The notes: generated from the sequence alone by a model not told the origin. 64,000 nucleotides of DNA from an uncultured Erysipelotrichaceae bacterium (GCA_902801795.1 CADCJQ010000005.1:4414-68413); one strand, 5' to 3'. Numbered from the stretch's first letter, positions 47,901 to 55,589 are shown. Made by a program: numbers and translations.

Positions 47901-48078
47901 TTAATTCAATTATCCCATTTTGACTTGTTTCAAAAGAAATATTACCAACTCTCAATATGTTTGAATTCCCTGTTCTTGTATAATTAAAAAAAGAATATGT
48001 TACTCCTCCAATTACCCCTATTAATATAAATAATCCTAAAATAATTAATATTTTTTGCGATGTTTTTTTATTTTCCAT
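44911..48078 (-). CDS. Large secreted surface protein: SipW-cognate-like signal, the shared N-terminal module, and a long DUF285/BspA-type leucine-rich repeat array
   Basis: N-terminus ...IGVIGGVTYSFFNYTRTGNSNILRVGNISF. The module LLVGYIPANTEVQGILTIKAFIDKDKIAITDT...ISFNIKAEANEGIWVEE matches the 25748 family. Many repeats follow of the type T.NVTNMS.MF..C..L..IDLS.F. Confidence 0.8.
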   Translation of the reverse strand: MENKKTSQKILIILGLFILIGVIGGVTYSFFNYTRTGNSNILRVGNISFETSQNGIIELTNAFPIDSSSIDSNLIDENNIGVVKVNINGSTTYNNGIEYVISVENFNNATINNKKIPITISTSVEGVNNKTLGTSTNTYFDENVRENSSVAIYKETDYNNVFDEEQLLVGYIPANTEVQGILTIKAFIDKDKIAITDTIENSNTLRWVGDRTVFTTEEWNYLQESPISFNIKAEANEGIWVEEVVTINSMSNFNPASGIYNDKVGKIQKVVFERMKTSEMINEYNAATFKADLTYNNEGKVLSWLEEVSIQPSTTNSLIPSKKITPQFLSVQQNENIEKVDNETMYILHIVSNGDTYLNNEGSSQTYQLFSNESGIGTFSNTENIIFNNVNTSRLTTMSYMFLDCKKLKSIDLSNLGSDILRNVSKLFYHCNSLKEINMSGFDFGVVTSFALDRTMTNGAPIFYELANVEFIDLSNIKASNVTDAYGMFYKLTSLKEVSLKGADIGSVRSFEMIFALCNELEEIDFTQADTHSVENMYMAFWQCHNISSIKGLDTSNVTNMSMMFYQSEISSIDLSWLNMQSATDISFMFQDCKKLESVNLSNLGGNNLININYIFTQCNKLKNINMSGFNFGKATSMSVLFSGDACGLRELEYVSLNNARALYVTNMSNMFLGSELLKTVDFFDFDSGEVTDMSYMFMRCESLVSIPGFITFENLSGNSFITSFLTTKVTNMSGMFYGCESLLDIDFTLLKTDSVTNMGAMFYGCKNIESINLTGFGSSALTNMADMFKNCSKLKTIIMNNFNFGKTVFYSNGNKSPFYNLTSVEHIYLNNPNFSQISNISSLFQNCSNLVSIELNNWDLRNINYSSVGGLFSGTSSLKTLICRYWKLPSQFTNWLYRQWAAGTIETVDVTGWDLSLTTNISGLFGSGSSLKNVIGLDTWNTSNINDMSDMFNSCTNLTTLDLSSFNINNVSYLGTMFYDCPKLTTIYVSNVWNPSNSVTSGAMFYNNTSLVGGNGTKYVDIANSAQVGTSYIDKDYAVIDKLGQQGFLTLKTN

Positions 48079-48471
48079 TTTTCCACTCTCCTTAACATTT
48101 TAAAACAACATTTTCAAATTAATTAAAGGCAAAAGTTTTCATTCTATTAATATAATTAATAAATTATCTTGAAAATTTTAGTTTTTCTTTATATAACATT
48201 TAATCATTAAATAATTACTATTAGTAATACAACTATCACTAACTAAAATATCTATATTACCTAAGAATTGTTTATTTTCTAAATTAACATGCATTCAAAA
48301 ATACGTTATTTAAAATTCTTCCTTTCATTTTGTTAAAAAACTTGGGTTAGGTATATACTCTTATTTTTTACCACAAAAGACATTTTATGACATCTGCTAT
48401 TATTACTACATTAGTTTATCACTAATTCAAATTTTTAACAATAATTTTACAATTTTTGATAAAAAAATCTC

Positions 48472-48657
48472 CTATTCAGTTAGTTTTTTTAAATCTTCAT
48501 TATCAAATACTTTAAAAGGATGATTTTCAAAGGTATCTAGCAAAGAAATGTCTATTTCTTCTACCTTTTCCTTTTTCATATCATCTCTTTCTTCTTGTGT
48601 TGTGAAGAAATCATCTATCTTGAGCGGCATCTTTATTTTGCTTTCTCTCTCGTCCAA
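48472..48657 (-). pseudogene. ParB/Spo0J-like N-terminal stub (truncated)
   Basis: 61 aa ending ...EIDISLLDTFENHPFKVFDNEDLKKLTE. This is the start of a ParB N-terminal domain (HPF box) with no HTH or dimerisation region. It overlaps the parA 3' end. Confidence 0.5.
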
Positions 48658-49444
48658 TTTCTATCACCTCACTTGCGAAATTATCATAACAAAAACTTGC
48701 TTTATTATTTCTATCATAGGATAAAATTGATTTCCCTTCGGCTGTTGATTCTGCAACTTTAATTGCAGTTGGAATAACTGAATCAAATACTTTAAATACC
48801 ATTCCATGCTGACTTCTTAATTCACTTATCATTTTTTTAGATAAATTAGTTCTATTATCTACCATAGTAATAAGTATTCCTATTCCACTTATATCCAAAT
48901 TAGGATTGATTTTTTGTTTTACCTTTAATATAGTAGAGAGTAGATGATTCATTCCTTTTGCTGCTAAAAACTGTGATTGAACGGGAATAATAACCTTATC
49001 ACTAGCTGCTAAAGAATTTATCGTTATCATGCCTAAACTTGGCATACAATCGATAAGTATATAATCATAGTTTTCTCTTAATGGAGTTAAAACATTTTTC
49101 ATAGTGTTTTCCCTGCTCATTACATTAACAAGTTCTATTTTCAAAGATGATAATTCCAAATTTGATGGAATAACATCTACACCTTCGGCATGATGTAATA
49201 TGGTATCTTTATAATTTAATTCTTTATCGTTAATAACATCATTCATAAGAGTTGCTAGTGTATTAGGAATATCATCAGGATTTTGCCAACCCATACAAGT
49301 TGTTAAATCACCTTGTGGATCTGCATCGACTAATAATACTTTTTTACCTCTATTTTTTAATGCTACTCCCAAATTAAAAGATGTAGTTGTTTTACCAACT
49401 CCACCTTTTTGATTGGCTATTGAAATTATTTCACATTTTGTCAT
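48611..49444 (-). CDS. parA: ParA/Soj-family partition ATPase
   Basis: Deviant Walker A in IISIANQKGGVGKTTTSFNLG, plus VLLVDADPQGDLT and ILIDCMPSLG. Confidence 0.9.
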   Translation of the reverse strand: MTKCEIISIANQKGGVGKTTTSFNLGVALKNRGKKVLLVDADPQGDLTTCMGWQNPDDIPNTLATLMNDVINDKELNYKDTILHHAEGVDVIPSNLELSSLKIELVNVMSRENTMKNVLTPLRENYDYILIDCMPSLGMITINSLAASDKVIIPVQSQFLAAKGMNHLLSTILKVKQKINPNLDISGIGILITMVDNRTNLSKKMISELRSQHGMVFKVFDSVIPTAIKVAESTAEGKSILSYDRNNKASFCYDNFASEVIEIGRERKQNKDAAQDR

Positions 49445-49574
49445 TTTCCCTCCTTTTATTTTGAAGGAAGTGTTTTATCAAAGATTATAATTTTTACATT
49501 TATTTTTATTTCAATTTAATAGCACTTTTTTTTAACTACTTTTATTAGATGTATAAGTGACCTAAAAAAAAATC

Positions 49575-49593
49575 TTGTGCCGAAAATTGTGCC
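49575..49593 (+). repeat. Two direct TTGTGCC repeats near the right end of the element
   Basis: tcTTGTGCCgaaaaTTGTGCCc is nearly identical to 42355..42374. Confidence 0.6.
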
Positions 49594-49610
49594 CAAATTA
49601 AAAATAAATG

Positions 49611-49640
49611 GTGATATTTAGTGATATTTTGTGATATTTT
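49611..49640 (+). repeat. Three tandem 10-bp iterons (GTGATATTTa/t) upstream of parA
   Basis: gtgatattta gtgatatttt gtgatatttt, read directly from the sequence. Confidence 0.85.
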
Positions 49641-49714
49641 AGAAATTATTAAAGCTTAACGAAACCCCTGTAAAATAAGGGCACGAGCTGATTTTTCATT
49701 ACCTCTTATTTTGT

Positions 49715-49759
49715 TTCATACCCAATAGGTCGAGGGTTCGACCCCCCCTCTCGCTACCA
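49715..49759 (+). other. 3' half of the split tRNA-Met(CAU) gene (right junction of the element)
   Basis: ttcatacccaataggtcgagggttcgaccccccctctcgctacca. CCAAT pairs perfectly with ATTGG of the 5' half at 42166..42206, and the acceptor 3' strand TCTCGCT matches GGCGAGA. Confidence 0.75.
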
Positions 49760-49769
49760 TTAGAAATTT

Positions 49770-49797
49770 AAAGAGCGTTAAAAAACGCTCTTTTTTT
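49770..49797. terminator. Bidirectional rho-independent terminator
   Basis: aaagagcgtt, aaaa loop, aacgctcttt, with T7 on the plus strand and an A-run on the other side. It is homologous to the terminator at 42324..42351. Confidence 0.6.
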
Positions 49798-50716
49798 AAT
49801 TAGATTCTTTAAATAATCCATTAGGAACTTTAGCAACAAAATTGTCTGGTATATCAATCCCTAAAGCATAAAGAACGATAGGCGCAGCATCACGATTATG
49901 CGTCTCAGCATCAAAGTTGGTCTTATTAACAGAATTACCTGCTACAGCAAGGATTGCTGAAGTTTCTTCTTTAGAATTTCCTCCATGACTAGTAACGGTT
50001 TCACCATGATCTGCTACAACCATAAAAAGTGTATCTTTCAATTGTTTTTTAGAATCCAAAACATCATATATTTTTCCAATATATTCATCAATGGTTTCTA
50101 ACGTATTATAATATTCATTGCTAAAGCCACCATTTTTATGAGCACTAATATCTGCAGAACCGAAATAAATAAACATAAGTGTTGGTATATCATTTTTAGA
50201 TAAATAGTCAACAGATGCATTCAACACCTCTAAATCAGAATTATGATTAATTAAATTTACTCCAATATCATTTTCAACTATCCCATTATTTATAGATTTC
50301 CAGTCTACTATTGAAACTAAATTAGCATCTGGAATAGCTTTTCTTACATAGCCAAAAATGGATAAAATTCCTGTAGAATAATGTGTTTTCTCACTAATCG
50401 AATCATTGGTATACTTATGTGTTTCACAAGCAACACCAGTTAATATTGAACCCCAATTTTGAGCACTATACGTTATATTTTCTGTTTTAGTATCATGCCT
50501 CAAAGCATAGTTTGAAAAAATTCTATCAATATTAGGCGATGATACTTTTTCAAAAGCCATTCCAGCTCCATCAACACCTATTATAATTACATGTTTATAT
50601 CCGTTAAAACTTTGATTGACAATAAAATAATAATAAATTAAACCAATTATACTTAATAATAAAATACATATTAGCACATTGAGTTTTCTTCCAAATCTTC
50701 GATTATAATTATCCAT
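49796..50716 (-). CDS. Alkaline-phosphatase-superfamily protein (nucleotide pyrophosphatase/phosphodiesterase-like) with an N-terminal TM
   Basis: IIIGVDGAGMAF, YSAQNWGSILTG and MVVADHGE. I prefer the ATG at 50716 after GAGGTG to the track's GTG at 50722. Confidence 0.75.
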   Translation of the reverse strand: MDNYNRRFGRKLNVLICILLLSIIGLIYYYFIVNQSFNGYKHVIIIGVDGAGMAFEKVSSPNIDRIFSNYALRHDTKTENITYSAQNWGSILTGVACETHKYTNDSISEKTHYSTGILSIFGYVRKAIPDANLVSIVDWKSINNGIVENDIGVNLINHNSDLEVLNASVDYLSKNDIPTLMFIYFGSADISAHKNGGFSNEYYNTLETIDEYIGKIYDVLDSKKQLKDTLFMVVADHGETVTSHGGNSKEETSAILAVAGNSVNKTNFDAETHNRDAAPIVLYALGIDIPDNFVAKVPNGLFKESN

Positions 50717-51281
50717 TAACACACCTCATTTAAATACTATTTAAATTATATAATCATGCCAATTAGCATTTAATTTTTTAATTAAGTAATTGAAAATATC
50801 TTTCTAATACATTATCAACAATAAACTTATCATTTATTGTACTTGATAGTATTGAAACCATATTTTATCAATATCATTTCCATTGCATACAAAGATTAAT
50901 ACCATCCTAATTACATTTATAGTATCACATTTATTATAACTTCGCAATATTTTACAATATATTTCATACCAAAATGTTAAATAACAACATATTTTTTAAT
51001 AATAACTTTATCGCAATAATTTTTTACTTTATCTGAGAAATTAAAATATCTAGAAGTTTTTTTATATTCGATTACTACATTATTCAATAGTTTATATGAA
51101 TCTCTTATAAATGTTCTTGAAAAAGCAGAATTTGGCCTTTAGTTTGCAATAATATCTGCATCAATACTATTTTTCATATTAATGATTTGTTCTTTATAAG
51201 TGACTTAAAAAATCTTGTGCCATAATTTATGCGAAAATGAAAAAAAAGCATCTTCTTTCAAAGATACTTTCATTACTTTAT

Positions 51282-51358
51282 TGGTGACCAGTACGGGATT
51301 CGGACCCATGAATGCTGCCGTGAAAGGGCAGTGTGTTAAGCCACTTCACCAACTGGCC
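51282..51358 (-). tRNA. tRNA-Glu (anticodon UUC) with an atypical T-loop
   Basis: The reverse complement is GGCCAGTTGGTGAAGTGGCTTAACACACTGCCCTTTCACGGCAGCATTCATGGGTCCGAATCCCGTACTGGTCACCA. The anticodon loop is CTTTCAC. The T-loop reads TCCGAAT instead of TTCGAAT. Confidence 0.75.
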
Positions 51359-51475
51359 AGTTCAGGCTCTAACCACCAGAACATCGAGATTCCTCACGAA
51401 ATACTCATTTCTACTTGTACTAAATACTTATAGACACACCGGATGGTCGCCACCCTGTATACAATATAATAAAAA

Positions 51476-51552
51476 TGGCGCCTCAACTAGGACTTGAACC
51501 TAGGACCCCTTGATTAACAGTCAAGTGCTCTAACCAACTGAGCTATTGAGGC
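51476..51552 (-). tRNA. tRNA-Asn (anticodon GUU)
   Basis: The reverse complement is GCCTCAATAGCTCAGTTGGTTAGAGCACTTGACTGTTAATCAAGGGGTCCTAGGTTCAAGTCCTAGTTGAGGCGCCA. Confidence 0.9.
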
Positions 51553-51559
51553 ATATATA

Positions 51560-51636
51560 TGGTGGGCCTGGATGGACTTGAACCAACGACCTCTGACTTA
51601 TCAGATCAGCGCTCTAACCACCTGAGCTACAAGCCC
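51560..51636 (-). tRNA. tRNA-Ile (anticodon GAU)
   Basis: The reverse complement is GGGCTTGTAGCTCAGGTGGTTAGAGCGCTGATCTGATAAGTCAGAGGTCGTTGGTTCAAGTCCATCCAGGCCCACCA. Confidence 0.9.
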
Positions 51637-51655
51637 ATTTGCTTGTTACTTGATA

Positions 51656-51684
51656 ATTCTATCATAAAGAGATTGATTTATCAA
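51656..51684 (-). promoter_or_regulatory. Sigma-A-like promoter for the tRNA-Ile/Asn/Glu unit
   Basis: On the minus strand: TTGATA, a 17-nt spacer, then TAGAAT, ending about 20 nt before the tRNA-Ile 5' end. Confidence 0.45.
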
Positions 51685-51748
51685 GTCTTTTTTATTATTT
51701 TTTCCAAAATTTATCATTTTATACCTTTGAAAAACAATAAATAAAATA

Positions 51749-51824
51749 TGGTGTCCGGCTAGGGATTCGAACCCTAGACCCACTGATTAAGAGTCAGTTG
51801 CTCTACCAACTGAGCTAGCCAGAC
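51749..51824 (-). tRNA. tRNA-Lys (anticodon CUU)
   Basis: The reverse complement is GTCTGGCTAGCTCAGTTGGTAGAGCAACTGACTCTTAATCAGTGGGTCTAGGGTTCGAATCCCTAGCCGGACACCA. Confidence 0.88.
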
Positions 51825-51881
51825 AAATTCACCAAGCAATAAATATTGTATATTAATTTATGCTTGGTGTCAACATTTTTT

Positions 51882-52358
51882 TTAATTTATTGCCGATATT
51901 TTAACTTGATAAACACCATTAGGACTATCAACGTCAACAATATCACCTACACGATGATTAAATAATGCTTTCGCAATAGGACTTTCATTAGAAATCTTGA
52001 AAGCAAATGGGTCTGCTTCTTGAGATCCAACAATCGTATATTCTTCAACATCATCGCTGCCATCTAAGTATTTTATTTCAACTTTACTTCCAATCCCGAC
52101 ATTTTCTTTACTTTGATTAGAATTATCAATTATTTCAACATTTTCAAGTAATTTCTCTAATTGTTTAATTCTTCCTTCAATTTCAGCTTGTTCATTTCTC
52201 GCAGCATCATAATCGGCATTTTCAGATAAATCTCCTAAACTTCTAGCATCTTTAATAGCTTTTATATTCTCTGGACGTTTAACATTAATTAAATGATCAA
52301 GTTCATCTTTTAATTCTTGATAACCTTGTTCAGTTAATAAAGTCTTTGTTTTTTCCAT
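51882..52358 (-). CDS. greA: Transcription elongation factor GreA
   Basis: LTEQGYQELKDELDHL...RPE...AR.LGDLSENADYDAAR.EQ...GRI..LE. Length is 158 aa. Confidence 0.95.
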   Translation of the reverse strand: MEKTKTLLTEQGYQELKDELDHLINVKRPENIKAIKDARSLGDLSENADYDAARNEQAEIEGRIKQLEKLLENVEIIDNSNQSKENVGIGSKVEIKYLDGSDDVEEYTIVGSQEADPFAFKISNESPIAKALFNHRVGDIVDVDSPNGVYQVKISAIN

Positions 52359-52453
52359 TTATATGCACCTCTTTTTAAAAAATATACCTATTAATTATAT
52401 TATAACTGACTACAAAAGTCAATCATTTTTTTGTGTAATTTATGTGATATCTA

Positions 52454-53566
52454 TTACACTATTTTTAAACTATTATTAAGGTTTTGATATTCATTCATTA
52501 AATACTCATCGGTCATTAATGATAGATAATCTATAACTTTTCTTTTATTAGATGTCTTAAGATATTCACTACTCATATTATTAAGAAAATTACTATATAT
52601 AGAACTATTATAATCATTATTTTCTAAGTCATTTAAGTATTTATTATATAGTTCATTAAATATTTTTTCATAAAACGATAATTGTTCTTTCGTATTTGCT
52701 TTATTATAAATAAAATGATAATTAAATTCTACTAAATCTTTTAAAGCAAGATAAACATCATCACTTAATTTAATATAGTTATTCCCCCCACTATTTTTTA
52801 TAATATCACAAACTAAAGTATTAACAATATCACGATTACAATTACCTAATATGTTAATAATACTTTTAGGAATATCATTACGATTAACAAAACCAAGTCT
52901 TATGGCATCTTCTAAATCTCTTCCAGCATAACTTATAACATCACATATTTTAACGACACAACCTTCTAGTGTCATAGGATTAAAATCTACTTTATCAAAA
53001 TGTAGTTTATAAGATTGTTCATAGTTTTTAAGAAATTCTTCTTTGCTCTTATGAACTGGCTTATATATTTTATGTAATTTCTCGCCATTATGACACAAAA
53101 TTCCATCCATTACTTGAATTGTTAGATTAGCACCTTTACCATCTCGTTCTAAGACTAAATAATTACGTACTCCTTCAATGTTATGCAAAAATGTTTCATT
53201 TAATTCACGAATACTTATTTTATTTAAAATTTTCTCTCCAACATGTCCTAATGGAACATGACCAATATCATGAGAAAGTGCAATCGCTTCTATTAAATCT
53301 TCATTTAAATTCAAGGCTCTTCCGATAGTTCTTGATATTCTACTAACTAACAAAACATGAACTAATCTTGTTTGGATATTATCATTATTTTTAAAAGAAA
53401 AGACTTGGGTTTTATTCATATATCTTGTAAAGGAAGCAAAATTAATAATTCTATCGGCATCGCGCGAAAATGGTGAACGAAAATCTTGTTCCTCATCAAT
53501 TAATCTTATGGCATCACAAGATTTCGTAGCGTATTTTGATAAACTATCTTCAAACATTATCTTCAT
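52454..53566 (-). CDS. HD-domain dNTP triphosphohydrolase-like protein (dGTPase family)
   Basis: SPFSRDADRIINFASFTRYMNKTQVF, RLVHVLLVSRISR and ALSHDIGHVPLGHVGE. Confidence 0.8.
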   Translation of the reverse strand: MKIMFEDSLSKYATKSCDAIRLIDEEQDFRSPFSRDADRIINFASFTRYMNKTQVFSFKNNDNIQTRLVHVLLVSRISRTIGRALNLNEDLIEAIALSHDIGHVPLGHVGEKILNKISIRELNETFLHNIEGVRNYLVLERDGKGANLTIQVMDGILCHNGEKLHKIYKPVHKSKEEFLKNYEQSYKLHFDKVDFNPMTLEGCVVKICDVISYAGRDLEDAIRLGFVNRNDIPKSIINILGNCNRDIVNTLVCDIIKNSGGNNYIKLSDDVYLALKDLVEFNYHFIYNKANTKEQLSFYEKIFNELYNKYLNDLENNDYNSSIYSNFLNNMSSEYLKTSNKRKVIDYLSLMTDEYLMNEYQNLNNSLKIV

Positions 53567-54731
53567 ACCTCCTCATCATAGAACCAAAAGGAATATCTTC
53601 CTTAATATAGAAGGAAAGAATTTCTTCCGCATGATTTGCTTTCTCTACTTCTTCCATATTTTCATTATATAGTTTTTCAACATTATATTTTATTCTTCTT
53701 CCATCTGGAGTAAAGATTAAAATGGTATCTCCAACACTAAAGTAATTTCTTTGTGAAAATGTACATAATTTAGTTTCTTTATTATAATTAATTACAAAAC
53801 CTAAATAATCTTGATTAGATACTTCCCATCTACCAGAATAATATTGATCAGATAAATCCGCTTCTTTCGTAAAGAAATGTGTACTATTATCACGATTAGA
53901 TACCCGTGATAATATTTTATTTTCTTCTTTTAAAATAGCATCATTTAAAGTACCATCATAATAAGCATCAATTATCTTTCGATAACTAGAAATAACAGTT
54001 GCTAAATAATAAGGTGAACGCATTCTTCCTTCAATTTTTAAACTTCTAATACCCGCTTCAATCATATCTTTAATAATATATGAAGCATTTAAATCTTTTA
54101 CTGCCATGCTAAATGGTTTATCTTCAATTAGGAAATTAAAACGACAGACTTGAGCACAACCACCACGATTGGAATCACGATTTGTAAAGTAATTGGATAA
54201 AACACAACGTCCAGAATAAAAAGTACACATTGCGCCATGAATAAATACTTCAATATCAATTCCAGTTTCATCAATTATTCTTTTAATATCTTTTATTCCT
54301 ACTTCACGCGCTAAGACAACCCGATCTATGCCTTCTTCTTTTAAATATTTAACACTTTCCACATTAGTTGTTGATGCTTGAGTACTTAAATGTACTTCCA
54401 CATTAAAATTATCTTTAATATACTTAACAATAAATAAATCACTAACAATAAAAGCATCGATACCGGCATCAACGACATCTTTAATATAATCATAAACTCC
54501 ACTTATGTCTTCATTATGAAAGACAATATTTAATGTTAAATATACTTTCTTACCTAAATTATGGGCAAAAATACATGCTTCTTTTATTTCATCAATACTA
54601 AAATTATTAGCATTAGCCCTTAGCGAATAATCTTTTCCACCAATATACACAGCATCTGCCCCATATAAACAGGCAATCTTTAGTCTTTCTAAATCCCCAG
54701 CGGGACTTAATAATTCTATTTTATTTCTCAT
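53550..54731 (-). CDS. Peptidase U32 family protein (YrrO/TrhP-like)
   Basis: ELLSPAGDLERLKIACLYGADAVYIGG and the U32 signature EVFIHGAMCTFYSGRCVLS. Confidence 0.85.
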   Translation of the reverse strand: MRNKIELLSPAGDLERLKIACLYGADAVYIGGKDYSLRANANNFSIDEIKEACIFAHNLGKKVYLTLNIVFHNEDISGVYDYIKDVVDAGIDAFIVSDLFIVKYIKDNFNVEVHLSTQASTTNVESVKYLKEEGIDRVVLAREVGIKDIKRIIDETGIDIEVFIHGAMCTFYSGRCVLSNYFTNRDSNRGGCAQVCRFNFLIEDKPFSMAVKDLNASYIIKDMIEAGIRSLKIEGRMRSPYYLATVISSYRKIIDAYYDGTLNDAILKEENKILSRVSNRDNSTHFFTKEADLSDQYYSGRWEVSNQDYLGFVINYNKETKLCTFSQRNYFSVGDTILIFTPDGRRIKYNVEKLYNENMEEVEKANHAEEILSFYIKEDIPFGSMMRRYEDNV

Positions 54732-55587
54732 CTTTCACCTTATAAATGGTCTTTTTATAATAAAAGACTGTATCATCACTATTAGTTAATTCATATATTT
54801 TATTATTTGCACTTTCGACATCTATTTTATTATCTAATAAATCTTTATAAACGGCTAAGCATTTAATAAATAAATCATGTTCCATTAATTCTTCATTTAA
54901 AAGTGCATAATCAAGAGTATTTCTTAATTCATTAAATGGTTTAATACCATTCATAATATTTCCGTAAAGAATTCTTGTACCTAAAGGACTTTCTTTAATA
55001 AAATAACTATTTTGGTTATCACTACTTATACTATACCAATCTTTTTCTTTAACTTCATTATTATGTAGAAAGTAATTAGTTAATAACTTTCTTTTACTAA
55101 AAGATACTTCTGGATATCCAAAAACAAAGGCTATTAATTTTATTTGACTTTTTTCTTTTATTTCTTTCATTTCTGAAAGTGTAATATCACTTGATAAATA
55201 AGCATATTGACAACCTTTATCATAATAATAGTTACATGTATTATAATTAGTTGTTAAATGTTCACCACTCCATACTAAAGGAAGTTTTAAATTATTTTTT
55301 TTGCATAAAGAAAGAATACTTAAATCATAAAAGAAAACTCCTTTAAGATTTAACTTATCAAGTTCTATTAAATTTTTCTCTAAATCACTTAAGTCATCAT
55401 TAAATATATTTTTATTTAGAGAAATAAATAATTCTATTTCTGGATAACTCTTTATTAATTCTTTTATTTCTTCAAGAGAATATTCTAAATAATTAATACT
55501 AAAATCTTTTAAACCAATAATAAAAGAATTAGTATAATCTAAATAATCAAGAATATTCTTCTTATTTAAACCTACTAAAACTCTCAT
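54721..55587 (-). CDS. Peptidase U32-related protein (YrrN-like partner)
   Basis: Size and position between the O-methyltransferase and the U32 gene match B. subtilis yrrM-yrrN-yrrO. Direct motif support is weak. Confidence 0.55.
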   Translation of the reverse strand: MRVLVGLNKKNILDYLDYTNSFIIGLKDFSINYLEYSLEEIKELIKSYPEIELFISLNKNIFNDDLSDLEKNLIELDKLNLKGVFFYDLSILSLCKKNNLKLPLVWSGEHLTTNYNTCNYYYDKGCQYAYLSSDITLSEMKEIKEKSQIKLIAFVFGYPEVSFSKRKLLTNYFLHNNEVKEKDWYSISSDNQNSYFIKESPLGTRILYGNIMNGIKPFNELRNTLDYALLNEELMEHDLFIKCLAVYKDLLDNKIDVESANNKIYELTNSDDTVFYYKKTIYKVKDEK

Positions 55588-55589
55588 AA

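Larger units (their letters stand above)
42207..49714. mobile_element. Decayed integrative element (~7.5 kb) inserted in tRNA-Met. Cargo: tRNA-Met copy, tyrosine integrase, serine recombinase pseudogene, DUF285/BspA surface protein, parB stub, parA.
   Basis: Bounded by the two halves of one tRNA, with TTCATACCC at both junctions. Recombinase and partition genes lie inside. TTGTGCC repeats occur near both ends. Confidence 0.7.

Noticed and set aside
49796-50716. Whether the AlkP-superfamily protein is the sulfatase-type substrate of the SPASM enzyme (an anSME-like pairing).
   Set aside because: It has no C/S-x-P-x-R sulfatase motif, its nucleophile region reads YSAQNW (phosphodiesterase-like), and the genes are about 29 kb apart.
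51359-51475. Whether the 117-nt spacer in the tRNA operon is a 5S rRNA or a small SRP (4.5S) RNA.
   Set aside because: It starts GGTGGCGA-like, but it lacks the conserved 5S loop sequences (CCGAAC...GAAGTTAAG) and the SRP domain IV GGAA/AGCAGCC motif. I leave it unassigned.
51215-51744. ORFs 51215..51433 and 51559..51744 on the plus strand.
   Set aside because: They run antisense through tRNA-Glu, tRNA-Ile and the spacers. The GC-rich tRNA sequence simply keeps a frame open.
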